In this document: piece after piece, positions 39,647 to 49,926 of the stretch
How the letters are laid out: every line of letters starts with the position of its first letter
Position numbering within the stretch: position 1 is the stretch's first letter
Origin: Oceanispirochaeta sp.
Lineage (GTDB): Bacteria > Spirochaetota > Spirochaetia > DSM-2461
Direction of reading: 5' to 3'
DNA: 64,000 nt
Assembly (NCBI GenBank): GCA_963663385.2
Contig: CAXXXD010000002.1
Span: 736,001-800,000 of the forward strand
Program-made: the position numbers and the translations under genes
Notes under the pieces: model-generated
What the model saw: the letters and a program-made list of their open reading frames with translations, nothing else
What the model was told of the DNA's origin: nothing
Database searches by the model: none

Positions 39647-41272
39647 ATGAAGAAAATTCTTACAGTAAGCCTTATTCTATTGATGGCTTTGTCATTTACC
39701 GCTTTGTTTGCCGGCGGAGGACAGGAAGCTCCCGCTTCATCTGGCAGTGATGCACCCGCTGCTGAAAAAGACAGCAGATTCGGAGGCGTGCTTGTTTTCG
39801 CCCGTTCCGGTGATTCTGTCGGCCTCGATCCCGGTCGGGAAACCGACGGAGAATCTTTTTACGGAAGTACGCAGGTTTATGATACTCTGGTAGAGTTCGA
39901 ACCCGGAAAAACTTCTATACGGCCCGCTCTGGCTGAAAGCTGGACTTTTTCCGATGACGGACTGTCTGCCACCTTCAAATTGAGAAAAGGCGTCAAATTC
40001 CACGACGGAACCGATTTTAATGCGGATGCTGTTGTGTTCTCTTTTGAAAGACAGTTTAAAGAAGATCATCCCTTCTACGAAAACGGTCCCTGGAAATACT
40101 GGGGATATATGGGAATGAGCGATATTGTTGACGATGTAATTGCGGTTGACGATTACACTGTCACCTTCAAGCTGAAAGTCGTTGAGGCTCCCTTTATTGC
40201 CAACCTGGCCATGGATTTTGCCGCCATTGTTTCTCCCGCAGCAGCTGAAAAATACGGTGCTGATCTGGCTAACCATCCTGTAGGTACAGGCCCCTTTAAA
40301 TTCGTATCCTGGATTAAGGACGACAGCATTGTTTTTGAAAGAAACCCCGACTACTGGGGCGGAGATGTTTACCTGGACCGTCTGATTCTGAAAGTTATCC
40401 CCGATGCGACAGCACGCTGGCTGGCTCTTCAGAAAGGCGAAGTGGATGTCATTGACTTTCCTTCTCCCGAAGATCTGGATGAGATGAAGGCAACTGCCGG
40501 AATCAAAGTCATTCAGCAGGAAGGCCTCAACGTAGGTTACCTGGCTCTGAATAATGAAAAGGCGCCCTATGACAACGTACTGGTTCGTCAGGCCATGAAC
40601 TACGCCATCGACCGCGAAGAAATCGTAGCCGGTGTTTACGGCGCTGCCGGAAAACCTGCCAAGAACCCCCTGCCTCCCACCATGTGGTCCTACAATGACA
40701 GCATTGAAGCTTATCCCTACGATCCAGCCAAGGCCAGAGCCCTGTTGGCCGAAGCCGGTTATGCGGACGGTTTTAAAACCGAGATCTGGGCCATGCCCGT
40801 TGCAAGACCTTACAATCCCAATGGGAAAAAGGTGGCGGAAATTATGCAGGCTCAGCTGGCCAAAGTCGGAATCGAAGTGGAAATCGTATCCTACGAGTGG
40901 GGTACATACCTGGATAAATGCGATTACGGTGAACATCAGGCCGCCATGCTCGGTTGGACCGGTGATAATGGCGACCCAGACAACTTCCTGTGGGTTCTGC
41001 TTTCCAAGCAGGCTGCCGAAAAACCCGCCGGAAACATTGCTTTCTGGAAGAACGATGAGTTCACCAGCCTGATTGCGGAAGCCAAACAGGAAATGGATGT
41101 TGCCAAACGGACCGAACTGTACGAAAAAGCGCAGGTTGTGTTCCATGATGACGCTCCCTGGGTACCCATCGCCCACTCCGTTGTTTCCGAACCTATGAAA
41201 GAATCCGTACAGGATTTTTATCTCTACCCCACCGGAAAACGGGTCTTTGCCAAGGTATGGCTTAAGAAATAA
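39647..41272 (+). CDS. dppA: Dipeptide ABC transporter substrate-binding protein
   Basis: PALAESW, LRKGVKFHDG, PVGTGPF, MPVARPYNPN, GWTGDNGDPDNF, PIAHS; signal peptide ending AGGGQE. Confidence 0.93.
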   Translation: MKKILTVSLILLMALSFTALFAGGGQEAPASSGSDAPAAEKDSRFGGVLVFARSGDSVGLDPGRETDGESFYGSTQVYDTLVEFEPGKTSIRPALAESWTFSDDGLSATFKLRKGVKFHDGTDFNADAVVFSFERQFKEDHPFYENGPWKYWGYMGMSDIVDDVIAVDDYTVTFKLKVVEAPFIANLAMDFAAIVSPAAAEKYGADLANHPVGTGPFKFVSWIKDDSIVFERNPDYWGGDVYLDRLILKVIPDATARWLALQKGEVDVIDFPSPEDLDEMKATAGIKVIQQEGLNVGYLALNNEKAPYDNVLVRQAMNYAIDREEIVAGVYGAAGKPAKNPLPPTMWSYNDSIEAYPYDPAKARALLAEAGYADGFKTEIWAMPVARPYNPNGKKVAEIMQAQLAKVGIEVEIVSYEWGTYLDKCDYGEHQAAMLGWTGDNGDPDNFLWVLLSKQAAEKPAGNIAFWKNDEFTSLIAEAKQEMDVAKRTELYEKAQVVFHDDAPWVPIAHSVVSEPMKESVQDFYLYPTGKRVFAKVWLKK

Positions 41273-41289
41273 GTCTACGGACTGGCAAT

Positions 41290-41321
41290 AGCCCTCCGGA
41301 ACCAGTTTCCGGAGGGCTTTT
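41290..41321 (+). terminator. Stem-loop with U-tail after dppA
   Basis: AGCCCTCCGGAA-ccagt-TTCCGGAGGGCT followed by TTT. Confidence 0.7.
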
Positions 41322-41340
41322 CCCCATTACAGAAGGTATT

Positions 41341-42354
41341 ATGATACGATTTATACTAAAACGTCTTTCCATGCTGCTCCCGACCCTTTTCGGGGTAGTT
41401 ACCCTTGTCTTTTTTATGATTGCTCTGGCTCCGGGAGATCCGGCGCGGGTTATGCTGGGGGAACGGGCCAGCAAAGAGAAAATTGAAAAACTGCGGGCTG
41501 ATCTGGGTTTGGATAAACCCCTGACACAGCAGTATGCCCTTTATCTGAAACGGGTGGTACACCTGGATTTCGGAAAATCCATTAAATCCGGTCAGCGGGT
41601 TATGGATGAAATAAAAGAACGCTTCCCTGCAACGGTGGAACTGGCTATCTGTGCCATGATTTTTGCCTCGGTCCTTGGAATCTGGATAGGCGTTCTTTCC
41701 GCAACAAAGAAAAATACCTGGATCGATTATACTTCCATGGTGGGGGCCCTCTTCGGGGTTTCCATGCCGGTTTTCTGGCTGGCTCTGGTCATGATTATGA
41801 TCTTTTCAGTTAATCTGAATATGTTCCCCACCGGGGGGCGTATGAATATCCGCTACTATTTTACGCCGGAAACAAATTTTTACCTGATCGATACGTTCAA
41901 ATATCTCTTTCAGGGGCATCCGGAATATTTCCTGTCTGCCCTGCATCACCTGATCATGCCTTCTGTAGCACTTGGGACAATTCCGCTGGCCATTATTGCC
42001 CGGACGACACGGAGCAGCATGCTGGAGGTTCTGAAACAGGACTATGTTAAAACCGTCCGTTCCGCGGGAATAAAGGAAAAACGGGTCATCTACCGCTATG
42101 CTCTGAGAAATGCCCTGCTGCCGGTTATAACAGTTATCGGTCTGCAATTCGGTCTGTTACTGGCCGGAGCCATACTGACGGAAACCATTTTTGCCTGGCC
42201 GGGGATCGGCAAATGGATTTATCAGGCTATTGAAGCCCGGGACTACCCCGCCGTTCAGGGAGGTATAATCATTATCTCCACCACTTTTGTCCTGATCAAT
42301 CTGGTAGTGGATATTCTCTATTCCGTTATTAATCCCAAGATCAGACTGCAGTAG
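41341..42354 (+). CDS. dppB: Dipeptide ABC permease
   Basis: PGDPA, FPATVELA, GVSMPVFW, TRSSMLEVL..DY, ETIFAWPGIG, RDYP. Confidence 0.93.
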   Translation: MIRFILKRLSMLLPTLFGVVTLVFFMIALAPGDPARVMLGERASKEKIEKLRADLGLDKPLTQQYALYLKRVVHLDFGKSIKSGQRVMDEIKERFPATVELAICAMIFASVLGIWIGVLSATKKNTWIDYTSMVGALFGVSMPVFWLALVMIMIFSVNLNMFPTGGRMNIRYYFTPETNFYLIDTFKYLFQGHPEYFLSALHHLIMPSVALGTIPLAIIARTTRSSMLEVLKQDYVKTVRSAGIKEKRVIYRYALRNALLPVITVIGLQFGLLLAGAILTETIFAWPGIGKWIYQAIEARDYPAVQGGIIIISTTFVLINLVVDILYSVINPKIRLQ

Positions 42355-42369
42355 AAAGGAAAAAGCATT

Positions 42370-43245
42370 ATGAGTGAAACTACAGGGGTCATAGAGCTGG
42401 ATGAATCCCCTATAAAAGAGCATTGGCATCAGCTGAAGCGGAATAAAACCGCCATAGCCGGTCTTATCGTTATAATCCTGTTTATCCTGATCGGGGTTCT
42501 GGCACCCGTGCTGGCCCCTATGGATCCGCTGGAACAGAATATCGAACTGCGGAAATCCGCTCCCTTCAGCAATGGATTTATATTGGGAACGGATGATCTG
42601 GGACGGGATATGCTTTCCCGCCTGATCTATGGCGCCCGGATATCCATGATCATCGGGGTTATTTCCGTAAGTATCTCCCTTTTCTTCGGAATGGCAATCG
42701 GCATGATCTCTGCCTTTTACGGCGGAATTGTGGATAAGATCATCATGCGCTTTATAGACATCATGCTGGCTTTCCCCTATATCCTTTTGACCATCGTTAT
42801 CGTAGCCGTATTGGGGCCGTCCCTGGTAAACGGCATGATCGCCATCGGTATTTCCCAGATCCCCCGGTACGCCCGGGTTATGCGGGCTTCCGTTCTGTCC
42901 GAGAAGGAGAACGACTATGTCCTGGCGGAAAGAGCCCTGGGCGCTTCTGATATGGAACTGATGTTCCGTTCCATCCTGCCCAACTGTCTGGCTCCCATCT
43001 CCGTACAGGCGACACTGGGTGTGGGAACAGCCATACTCGATTCGGCGGCCCTCTCTTTTCTGGGACTGGGCGCCCAGCCTCCCACTCCCGAGTGGGGACT
43101 GATGATTGCCAGTTCCAAAGAGTTTGTCACAAGCGCCTGGTGGATAGTCACCTTTCCGGGTATTGCCACCCTGCTGGCTGTGCTGGGATTCAACCTTCTG
43201 GGGGATGGTCTCCGTGACATTCTGGATCCCCGGCTCCGAGATTAA
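42370..43245 (+). CDS. dppC: Dipeptide ABC permease
   Basis: LGTDDLGRD, LSFLGLGAQPPTPEWG, GDGLRDILDP. Confidence 0.93.
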   Translation: MSETTGVIELDESPIKEHWHQLKRNKTAIAGLIVIILFILIGVLAPVLAPMDPLEQNIELRKSAPFSNGFILGTDDLGRDMLSRLIYGARISMIIGVISVSISLFFGMAIGMISAFYGGIVDKIIMRFIDIMLAFPYILLTIVIVAVLGPSLVNGMIAIGISQIPRYARVMRASVLSEKENDYVLAERALGASDMELMFRSILPNCLAPISVQATLGVGTAILDSAALSFLGLGAQPPTPEWGLMIASSKEFVTSAWWIVTFPGIATLLAVLGFNLLGDGLRDILDPRLRD

Positions 43246-43258
43246 GGAAAGGACTGAT

Positions 43259-44263
43259 ATGAGCGATAACAGATTACTTGCAATGGAAAATGTCAATGTC
43301 CACTTTCATACGAGACGGGGCATAGTGAGAGCTGTAAGGGATCTCTCCCTTCATATAGACAAGGGGGAAACCCTGGCACTGGTAGGAGAGTCGGGCTGCG
43401 GAAAATCCGTAACCGCCCATACCATAAACCAGCTTATCCCCATGCCGCCCGGAGTCATTGAGAGCGGTTCTGTCGTATTTAACGGGAAGGACCTGCTGAA
43501 ACTGCCGGCCAGAGATATTCAGGCCCTCCGGGGAACCCAGATCTCCATGATCTTCCAGGAGCCCATGACCAGCCTGAACCCTGTTTTTAAAATAGGCGAT
43601 CAGCTGGCGGACGTATTTATGTCTCATCAGAAGATGAAGAAAAAGGAAGCCCATGCCAGAGCGGTTGAACTGCTGGAAATGGTAAAAATCCCGTCTCCCG
43701 GGAAACGGGCCGATGACTATCCCCATCAGCTTTCGGGAGGGATGCGTCAGAGGGTTATGATTGCCATGGCTCTGGCCTCCCCCGAACCGGGACTGATGAT
43801 TGCCGATGAGCCGACAACCGCCCTCGATGTAACCATCCAGGCTCAGATCCTGGATCTTCTGACTGATCTGAAAGACAAGGTCAATATGGCTCTCCTGCTG
43901 ATTACGCACGATATGGGTGTTGTGGCGGAAACCGCAGACCGGGTTGTGGTTATGTATGCCGGCCGGAAGGTTGAGGAAGGAACGGTTTATCAGATCTTCG
44001 ATAACCCCTCCCATCCCTATACACTGGGACTGCTCAACTCCCTGCCGTCCAATGAGAAATACCGGAATGCCACCCGTCTTGAAGCTATCCCCGGAACGGT
44101 TCCCGATCTCCTGACTCTGGGAGAGGGCTGCCCCTTTGCCAACCGCTGCAAGTGGGCCGGTGAAGCCTGCGGGGAATCATTTCCCGGAGAGACCGTTCTG
44201 GAAAAGGGGCACACTATCTGGTGTCATTACGCCGACAGAGTCAAAAACGGGGAAGGGGAGTAA
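43259..44263 (+). CDS. dppD: Dipeptide ABC ATP-binding protein
   Basis: GESGCGKS, FQEPMTSLNP, LSGGMRQR, ADEPTTALD, HPYT, C-terminal Cys motif. Start set at MSDNR. Confidence 0.93.
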   Translation: MSDNRLLAMENVNVHFHTRRGIVRAVRDLSLHIDKGETLALVGESGCGKSVTAHTINQLIPMPPGVIESGSVVFNGKDLLKLPARDIQALRGTQISMIFQEPMTSLNPVFKIGDQLADVFMSHQKMKKKEAHARAVELLEMVKIPSPGKRADDYPHQLSGGMRQRVMIAMALASPEPGLMIADEPTTALDVTIQAQILDLLTDLKDKVNMALLLITHDMGVVAETADRVVVMYAGRKVEEGTVYQIFDNPSHPYTLGLLNSLPSNEKYRNATRLEAIPGTVPDLLTLGEGCPFANRCKWAGEACGESFPGETVLEKGHTIWCHYADRVKNGEGE

Positions 44264-44264
44264 C

Positions 44265-45233
44265 ATGGAAAATTTAATGGAGGTGAAAGACCTCAAAAAA
44301 TACTACACCATCTCTTCCAGTGATATGAAAAGCGGAAAAGCTGTTCTGAAAGCTGTGGATGGCGTTTCTTTTGATCTGAAAAAAGGGGAGATCCTCGGTA
44401 TCGTAGGGGAATCGGGCTGCGGAAAATCCACCCTGGGAAAGACCGTGCTGCGTCTTCATGATAAAACCGATGGAAAGGTGCTGTACAATGGAGAGGATCT
44501 TTTTGAAATGAACCGCAGGGATATAACAGCTCTGCGGAGACGGATGCAGATGGTTTTCCAGGATCCCTTTTCCTCCCTGAATCCACGAAAGAAAATCGCC
44601 TCTCTTATAGGACAGCCTCTCAGAATCCATAATCACGGAACCCCGCAGGAAATCGCGGAGAAAGTAAACACCATAATGGAAGAGGTCGGGATCAATCCGC
44701 ATTATAAAAAGCGTTTCCCTCATCAGTTTTCCGGCGGACAGAGGCAGCGGATCGGGATTGCCCGCGCCCTGGCTCTTAATCCCGAGCTGGTTGTCTGCGA
44801 CGAGGCTGTTTCGGCTCTGGATGTTTCGGTCCAGGCCCAGATACTGAATCTGCTGCTGGACCTGCGTGAGAAGCATGATCTGACCTATATGTTTATAGCC
44901 CATGATCTGGCGGTCGTTGAATTTATCTCTACCCGTATTATTGTTATGTATCTGGGGAAGGTTGTTGAAGTAGCCTCAAAGGATGACCTGATGAAAAACC
45001 GCCTGCACCCCTATACGCAGGCTCTGTTTGCCGCTTTTCCCATGACCGATCCCTACAGGCGGGATAAAAAGGAAAAAATCGTAATGGGGGATGTCCCCAG
45101 TCCGGTAAATCCGCCGAAGGGCTGTCATTTCCATCCGCGCTGTCCCCATGCCAAAGATATCTGCCGGCAGGAGTATCCGCCTCTGAAGGACATGGGAGCC
45201 GGGCATTCTGTGGCCTGCTGGCTTCATCAGTAA
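44265..45233 (+). CDS. dppF: Dipeptide ABC ATP-binding protein
   Basis: GESGCGKST, FQDPFSSLNP, FSGGQRQR, CDEAVSALD, GCHFHPRC. Start set at MENLM. Confidence 0.93.
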   Translation: MENLMEVKDLKKYYTISSSDMKSGKAVLKAVDGVSFDLKKGEILGIVGESGCGKSTLGKTVLRLHDKTDGKVLYNGEDLFEMNRRDITALRRRMQMVFQDPFSSLNPRKKIASLIGQPLRIHNHGTPQEIAEKVNTIMEEVGINPHYKKRFPHQFSGGQRQRIGIARALALNPELVVCDEAVSALDVSVQAQILNLLLDLREKHDLTYMFIAHDLAVVEFISTRIIVMYLGKVVEVASKDDLMKNRLHPYTQALFAAFPMTDPYRRDKKEKIVMGDVPSPVNPPKGCHFHPRCPHAKDICRQEYPPLKDMGAGHSVACWLHQ

Positions 45234-45307
45234 AACCTCCCCCGCCCCCTCGCTCCCCCCCCCCCCCCCGACCCCTCGACTCCGCTCGGGGATCAGGGGG
45301 GATTTTT
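45233..45307. repeat. REP-like element with a C15 homopolymer
   Basis: Contains CTCGACTCCGCTC (45275), identical to 34049; poly-C at 45255-45269. Confidence 0.6.
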
Positions 45308-45355
45308 GCAGCCGCCCCTTTCAATTTATGAAACTCTGTTACTATAATTAAGTTG

Positions 45356-48037
45356 ATGTCGAAATATCAGTTCAGAAAAAACAAAGTTTTATTTATTGTA
45401 TTCTTCGGGGTGTTATTACCTTTCTTTTTATATGCGGATAATACCATGCCCCGGATTTTACTGTTATTCTCCTATCACTCCGGCCATGAATGGGAAGACA
45501 GTATCTATAATACTCTTGTCTCCGATCTGAAACAGCAGGTTCCCGGCAGCGAGCTCTTTCTGGAATATATGGATACAAAGAGATATAATCCGGAATCCCG
45601 AATCCCTGTTGTAAAGGGTCACCTCTCATCCTATCCCGCAGACTGGTTCTCCCTGATTATTGCAGTAGATGATAATGCCCTTCAGTTCCTGATCGACCAT
45701 GGGCAATCTCTCTATCCCGACACACCTGTTGTATTTTGCGGAATCAACGGCTACGAAGGGATGAAATCCCGCCTCCCCGCAGAGACCAGCGGTGTCGTGA
45801 GCCGGGTAAACCTGGAGGATACTCTTCTTCTGGCAAAGGGATTTATCCCGGATTTAAAAAGGATCTATGTTATAACTGACGCGACTCCTACGGGAGAGGG
45901 GAACCGTCAGATGGTTTTTAATCAGATAGGCGCCCTGCCGGATTCCCTGTCAGAGCTGGAGTTCCGGTTCCTTTCCGGCAGTGAATACAGCACGGATGAA
46001 ATGCTGACATGGACATCGGGATTGGAAAAGAATTCCATTATCCTGATGACCAGCTGGTATCAGGACAAAAACGGTTTATATATTGCCGAGAAGAAGCTGA
46101 TTGAAGAGCTCAACCGTTATTCTGCTGTCCCCGTTTTTAATATGCTTCATATCAGGCCGGGGCTTCTGGGCGGGAAAGTGACAACCGGTACAGTTCAGGC
46201 TGAGATAGCTTCCCGAATAGCCGCAGAAGTCCTTTCCGGCACTCCCGCATCGGAAATCCCGGTTGTTCTGGAAGATACCACAATTTACACGGTTGATTAT
46301 AAGCGCTTGCGGCACTGGGGATTCCGGATGAAAATGGTACCGGAGAATTCTCTGCTGTTAAATCCCTCTGTATTTTATGAGTATCGCGGAATGATCGGTT
46401 TTACTGTTCTGATCATGCTGATTCTCGTTCTCCTTTCGGGGGCATTGGGCTTTGCCATTATTAAACTGAAGAATGCCGGATCTCAACTGATTCAACAGAA
46501 AAACGAGTTATATATTACCCTGAAGTCCATTGGCGACGGTGTTATCTCTACGGATACGGACGCCCGTATTCTCTTTATGAACGGAGTGGCTGAAAAACTG
46601 ACCGGATGGACATGGAAAGAAGCGATCGGGCGGAAACTGGAAGATATTTTTATTATCCATAATGTCATAAGCGGGGAAACTGTAGACAATCCCGTTCAAA
46701 AGGTGCTGGAAAGCAGAAAAATTGTCGAACTGGCCAATCATACAGTACTAACGAGCCGCCAGGGGGAACAGTATCATATTGCAGACAGTGCGGCCCCCAT
46801 CCAGGGTTCCGACAATACAGAGCTGTTCGGTGTTGTCCTTGTGTTCAGGGATGTAACGGAACAGTATCAAACCAGAGAGGAATTGAAACAGAACCGGGAG
46901 CAGCTTAGACAGGCTGCCCGGATGGAGGCTGTCGGAAAGCTGGCCGGAGGAATCTCTCATGAGTTTAATAATCTGCTTCAGATTATCCTGGGGTATTCCC
47001 AGATCCTGAAAGAAGGAGAGAGTTCCAGGTTCGCCTGCGATATTGCAGACACTATCTATAAGACTTCATTAAGTGCCAGAGAACTTACCAGGCAGCTGCT
47101 CCTGTTCAGCCGGAAAGAGGGGGTAGAGAAGAAAGTCCTTTCTGTTTCCCATCTTATGAGGGATCTTCTACCGATGCTGGAACGTCTGCTGGAAGAGAAT
47201 ATTACACTGGAATCTGATATCTCTCTGGATGATGACTGGATATACGCGGATGCCAGGCAGCTGGAACAGGTTCTGATTAATCTGAGTGTGAATGCCAGAG
47301 ATGCCATGTCGAAAGGTGGAGTCCTGAGAATCACCACAGAGAACCGGATCCTTCCGGATAAAATCGAGGGGTTGGAGGGATCTATACCCAGGGGCCATTA
47401 TATTGTCATATCTGTCAGCGATACGGGTGATGGTATTGATCCGGAAATACTGCCCGAAATATTCGATCCGTTTTTTACTACAAAAGAGAAGGTGAAGGGA
47501 ACCGGTCTGGGACTATCCATTGTATACGGAATCATCAAACAGCATGAGGGTTATCTAAGTATTCATACAGAACCCTCCAGAGGAACCTGTTTCAATATCT
47601 ATCTTCCCAGTGTTAACCGTAATGTTGTTAAAAACGGGAATACCCGGGCTGCCGAGATCGAGAGAAACGGCCAGGGAATGATATGTATTGCGGAAGATGA
47701 TCCTCTTGTCAGAGAATTGACAGAGACAATGGTTCATGATTTGGGTTATGCCTCCCGCAGTTTTCCTGACGGCAGAGAACTTTTGAACTTTCTGATGAAT
47801 GAACCCGACAGGGCAATCGATCTTATTCTTATGGATGTTGTTATGCCTGTTATGGGTGGAGTGGAAGCCTGTCATCAGATCCGGAAGGCCGGTTTTAATA
47901 CTCCTGTCTTGTTTTCAAGCGGCTATACCCGGGAGAAACTGGCAGATCTGGGGTCCCTGGATAATATCAGATTAATGCATAAGCCTTTTACCCTGAAAGA
48001 GCTGAACGCCAATCTGAAGGAACTCCTCTCTTCATGA
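45356..48037 (+). CDS. Hybrid sensor histidine kinase (periplasmic PBP-like sensor, TM, PAS, HisKA, HATPase, REC)
   Basis: EYMDTKR, SIGDGVISTD PAS, LAGGISHEFNNLL, NARDAM, PFFTTK, GTGLGL, MDVVMP. Confidence 0.92.
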   Translation: MSKYQFRKNKVLFIVFFGVLLPFFLYADNTMPRILLLFSYHSGHEWEDSIYNTLVSDLKQQVPGSELFLEYMDTKRYNPESRIPVVKGHLSSYPADWFSLIIAVDDNALQFLIDHGQSLYPDTPVVFCGINGYEGMKSRLPAETSGVVSRVNLEDTLLLAKGFIPDLKRIYVITDATPTGEGNRQMVFNQIGALPDSLSELEFRFLSGSEYSTDEMLTWTSGLEKNSIILMTSWYQDKNGLYIAEKKLIEELNRYSAVPVFNMLHIRPGLLGGKVTTGTVQAEIASRIAAEVLSGTPASEIPVVLEDTTIYTVDYKRLRHWGFRMKMVPENSLLLNPSVFYEYRGMIGFTVLIMLILVLLSGALGFAIIKLKNAGSQLIQQKNELYITLKSIGDGVISTDTDARILFMNGVAEKLTGWTWKEAIGRKLEDIFIIHNVISGETVDNPVQKVLESRKIVELANHTVLTSRQGEQYHIADSAAPIQGSDNTELFGVVLVFRDVTEQYQTREELKQNREQLRQAARMEAVGKLAGGISHEFNNLLQIILGYSQILKEGESSRFACDIADTIYKTSLSARELTRQLLLFSRKEGVEKKVLSVSHLMRDLLPMLERLLEENITLESDISLDDDWIYADARQLEQVLINLSVNARDAMSKGGVLRITTENRILPDKIEGLEGSIPRGHYIVISVSDTGDGIDPEILPEIFDPFFTTKEKVKGTGLGLSIVYGIIKQHEGYLSIHTEPSRGTCFNIYLPSVNRNVVKNGNTRAAEIERNGQGMICIAEDDPLVRELTETMVHDLGYASRSFPDGRELLNFLMNEPDRAIDLILMDVVMPVMGGVEACHQIRKAGFNTPVLFSSGYTREKLADLGSLDNIRLMHKPFTLKELNANLKELLSS

Positions 48038-48064
48038 AATCTTTACAATGAACGGCTTCCCTTC

Positions 48065-48093
48065 TTGTCACAGATGGGCCGAATTATTAGAAT
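48065..48093 (+). promoter_or_regulatory. sigma70 promoter for the small ORF-rlmB unit
   Basis: TTGTCA-17 bp-TAGAAT. Confidence 0.65.
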
Positions 48094-48116
48094 GAGGTCG
48101 ATTTTACGGAGGTTAT

Positions 48117-48254
48117 ATGGCTAAAAGGAATCCGGACTGTCCCTGTACCAATACATCGTGTCCCAGGCACGGCGACTGCGCTGCCTGCAAAGACTATCAT
48201 CACTCCATCGGCGGCCAGACCAGCTGCGAAAAGTTAAAGAGTAAAAATGGATAA
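48117..48254 (+). CDS. Small Cys/His-rich putative metal-binding protein (45 aa), not in the ORF track
   Basis: RBS GGAGG; MAKRNPDCPCTNTSCPRHGDCAACKDYHHSIGGQTSCEKLKSKNG*; overlaps the rlmB ATG by 8 nt. Confidence 0.8.
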   Translation: MAKRNPDCPCTNTSCPRHGDCAACKDYHHSIGGQTSCEKLKSKNG

Positions 48255-48999
48255 TTATATAACTTCCATTCATGGGATCGAAGAATCCCTGAAAAGGAAC
48301 CCCAAAGGGGCTGTGCTCTATATCTCCAAATCCAATAAAAGGATTGATCAGCTTGAGCAGACCGCCCTTAAAAAGGGGATTGCCGTTCATAAAGTGGAAA
48401 CTCCCGAAATGAACCGCCTGTGCGGGAAAGGGGAGAATAAAGGGGCGGCCCTGAAGGTCGGGATGAAACAGAGTGTTTCCGAAGTGCGCTATAAGGATAT
48501 TAAAAACTTCATACGGAATAATGAGGACCGGGACCAGCTCCTTGTTCTTATACTGGACGGGATTACGGATCCCCATAACTTCGGCGCCATTCTCCGCTCT
48601 GCCGATCAGTTCGGGGTTGATCTTGTGGTTACTCCCGAAAAACGGAGCGTCAGTATCAATGCAACGGTTGCCAAAGTCTCTGTGGGAGCCCACGCCTGGG
48701 TCCCCACCCTGCAGGTTACCAATATAGGGCGTACCATCGAAGAGCTTCAGAAACAGGGTTTCTGGATATACGGCGCCGATATGGGCGGCGGTACAGCAGC
48801 CGAAACGGATCTTAAGGGCCGTACGGTTATCGTTATGGGAAGCGAAGGGGAGGGAATCTCCCGTCTTATCCGTGAAAAATGTGATACCATGGTAAGCATC
48901 CCCATGAACGGACATGTGGACTCCCTCAATGTTTCAGTTGCCGCGGGAATCCTTATGTATGAGGTCGTTCGTCAGAGAGGCGTTCATAATTCAGCTTAA
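48247..48999 (+). CDS. rlmB: 23S rRNA (Gm2251) 2'-O-methyltransferase, SPOUT family
   Basis: LDGITDPHNFGAILRS, VMGSEGEG, IPMNGHVDSLNVSVAAGI. Confidence 0.9.
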   Translation: MDNYITSIHGIEESLKRNPKGAVLYISKSNKRIDQLEQTALKKGIAVHKVETPEMNRLCGKGENKGAALKVGMKQSVSEVRYKDIKNFIRNNEDRDQLLVLILDGITDPHNFGAILRSADQFGVDLVVTPEKRSVSINATVAKVSVGAHAWVPTLQVTNIGRTIEELQKQGFWIYGADMGGGTAAETDLKGRTVIVMGSEGEGISRLIREKCDTMVSIPMNGHVDSLNVSVAAGILMYEVVRQRGVHNSA

Positions 49000-49926
49000 C
49001 TGTTCGATCAGATAGAGTCCGATCATGGTCGTAACGGCGGATGCCGCCGTGGTAAACATAACAATCAGGGCGGCCAGTTCCCCGTCGTTTTCCATGGATT
49101 CAGCCATCACATGGCTGGTCACGGCTGTGGGGGCTCCCAATATGAGAAATGTCATTCCCAGATCGTCTCCCCGGTATCCCAGTTTGTAAAAGACCGTTAC
49201 CCCTGCCAAAGGGAGGATCAGGAGTTTTATAAACGAAGCGCTCAGGGCCAGGGTGCCTTTATGCATCATTCCATGATAGGTCAGGGTCCCCCCGATGGTA
49301 ATAAGGGCCAGGGGGAGAGCCAGATCGGAAAGGTACCCCAGAAAACGTTTAATCGTCATGGGAACAGGTATTTCGAACAGGGAAAAGATCAGAGCTGTTG
49401 CCACCGATAGGATGATGGGGTTTTTCACTATGTTGGCAAGGGAGTGACTCAGTCCTTTCATGGTCAGGCCATGGAGGGGAACCGTCAGGGCTATAACGGA
49501 AAAAACATTGAAAATGGGAAGCAGAAACGCCAGGATCATGGCTCCCCGGGCCATCATCTCTTCTCCATACAGGTTGAGAATCAGGGCAATCCCGATAATG
49601 GCTACATTCCCGCGGAAAGCTCCCTGTACAAAGGGCCCCTTCTGTTTACTGTCTTTTATCTTCAGACTGAGAAGGACGCTGAACAGAAGGCTGCCCAGGA
49701 TAATCCCGCAAATCAGGAGGGTCTCCCGTATATTGAAAACCTGATTGAAATCCAGTGGGGATATCTTGAGAAAGACCAGCGCGGGCAGACCTATTTTAAA
49801 TACCAGTTTTGAAGCTCCGCTGAAGAAGCCTTCGCCCACGAGCTTTTTTCTCTTTATAAGCCAACCGCAGACAATCAGCAGGAATACGGGAAATACCCCT
49901 TCGAATATAAATAAGAGTGTAGACAT
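48991..49926 (-). CDS. AEC (auxin efflux carrier)-family transporter
   Basis: PVFLLI..G, LPALVF, FRGN, KNPII, LALITIG, APTAV; about 10 TM. Start uncertain (49926 or 49941). Confidence 0.85.
   Translation of the reverse strand: MSTLLFIFEGVFPVFLLIVCGWLIKRKKLVGEGFFSGASKLVFKIGLPALVFLKISPLDFNQVFNIRETLLICGIILGSLLFSVLLSLKIKDSKQKGPFVQGAFRGNVAIIGIALILNLYGEEMMARGAMILAFLLPIFNVFSVIALTVPLHGLTMKGLSHSLANIVKNPIILSVATALIFSLFEIPVPMTIKRFLGYLSDLALPLALITIGGTLTYHGMMHKGTLALSASFIKLLILPLAGVTVFYKLGYRGDDLGMTFLILGAPTAVTSHVMAESMENDGELAALIVMFTTAASAVTTMIGLYLIEQLS

Noticed and set aside
39737..41176. 479-aa antisense ORF
   Set aside because: Shadow of dppA on the opposite strand, with no motifs of its own; explained by codon bias.
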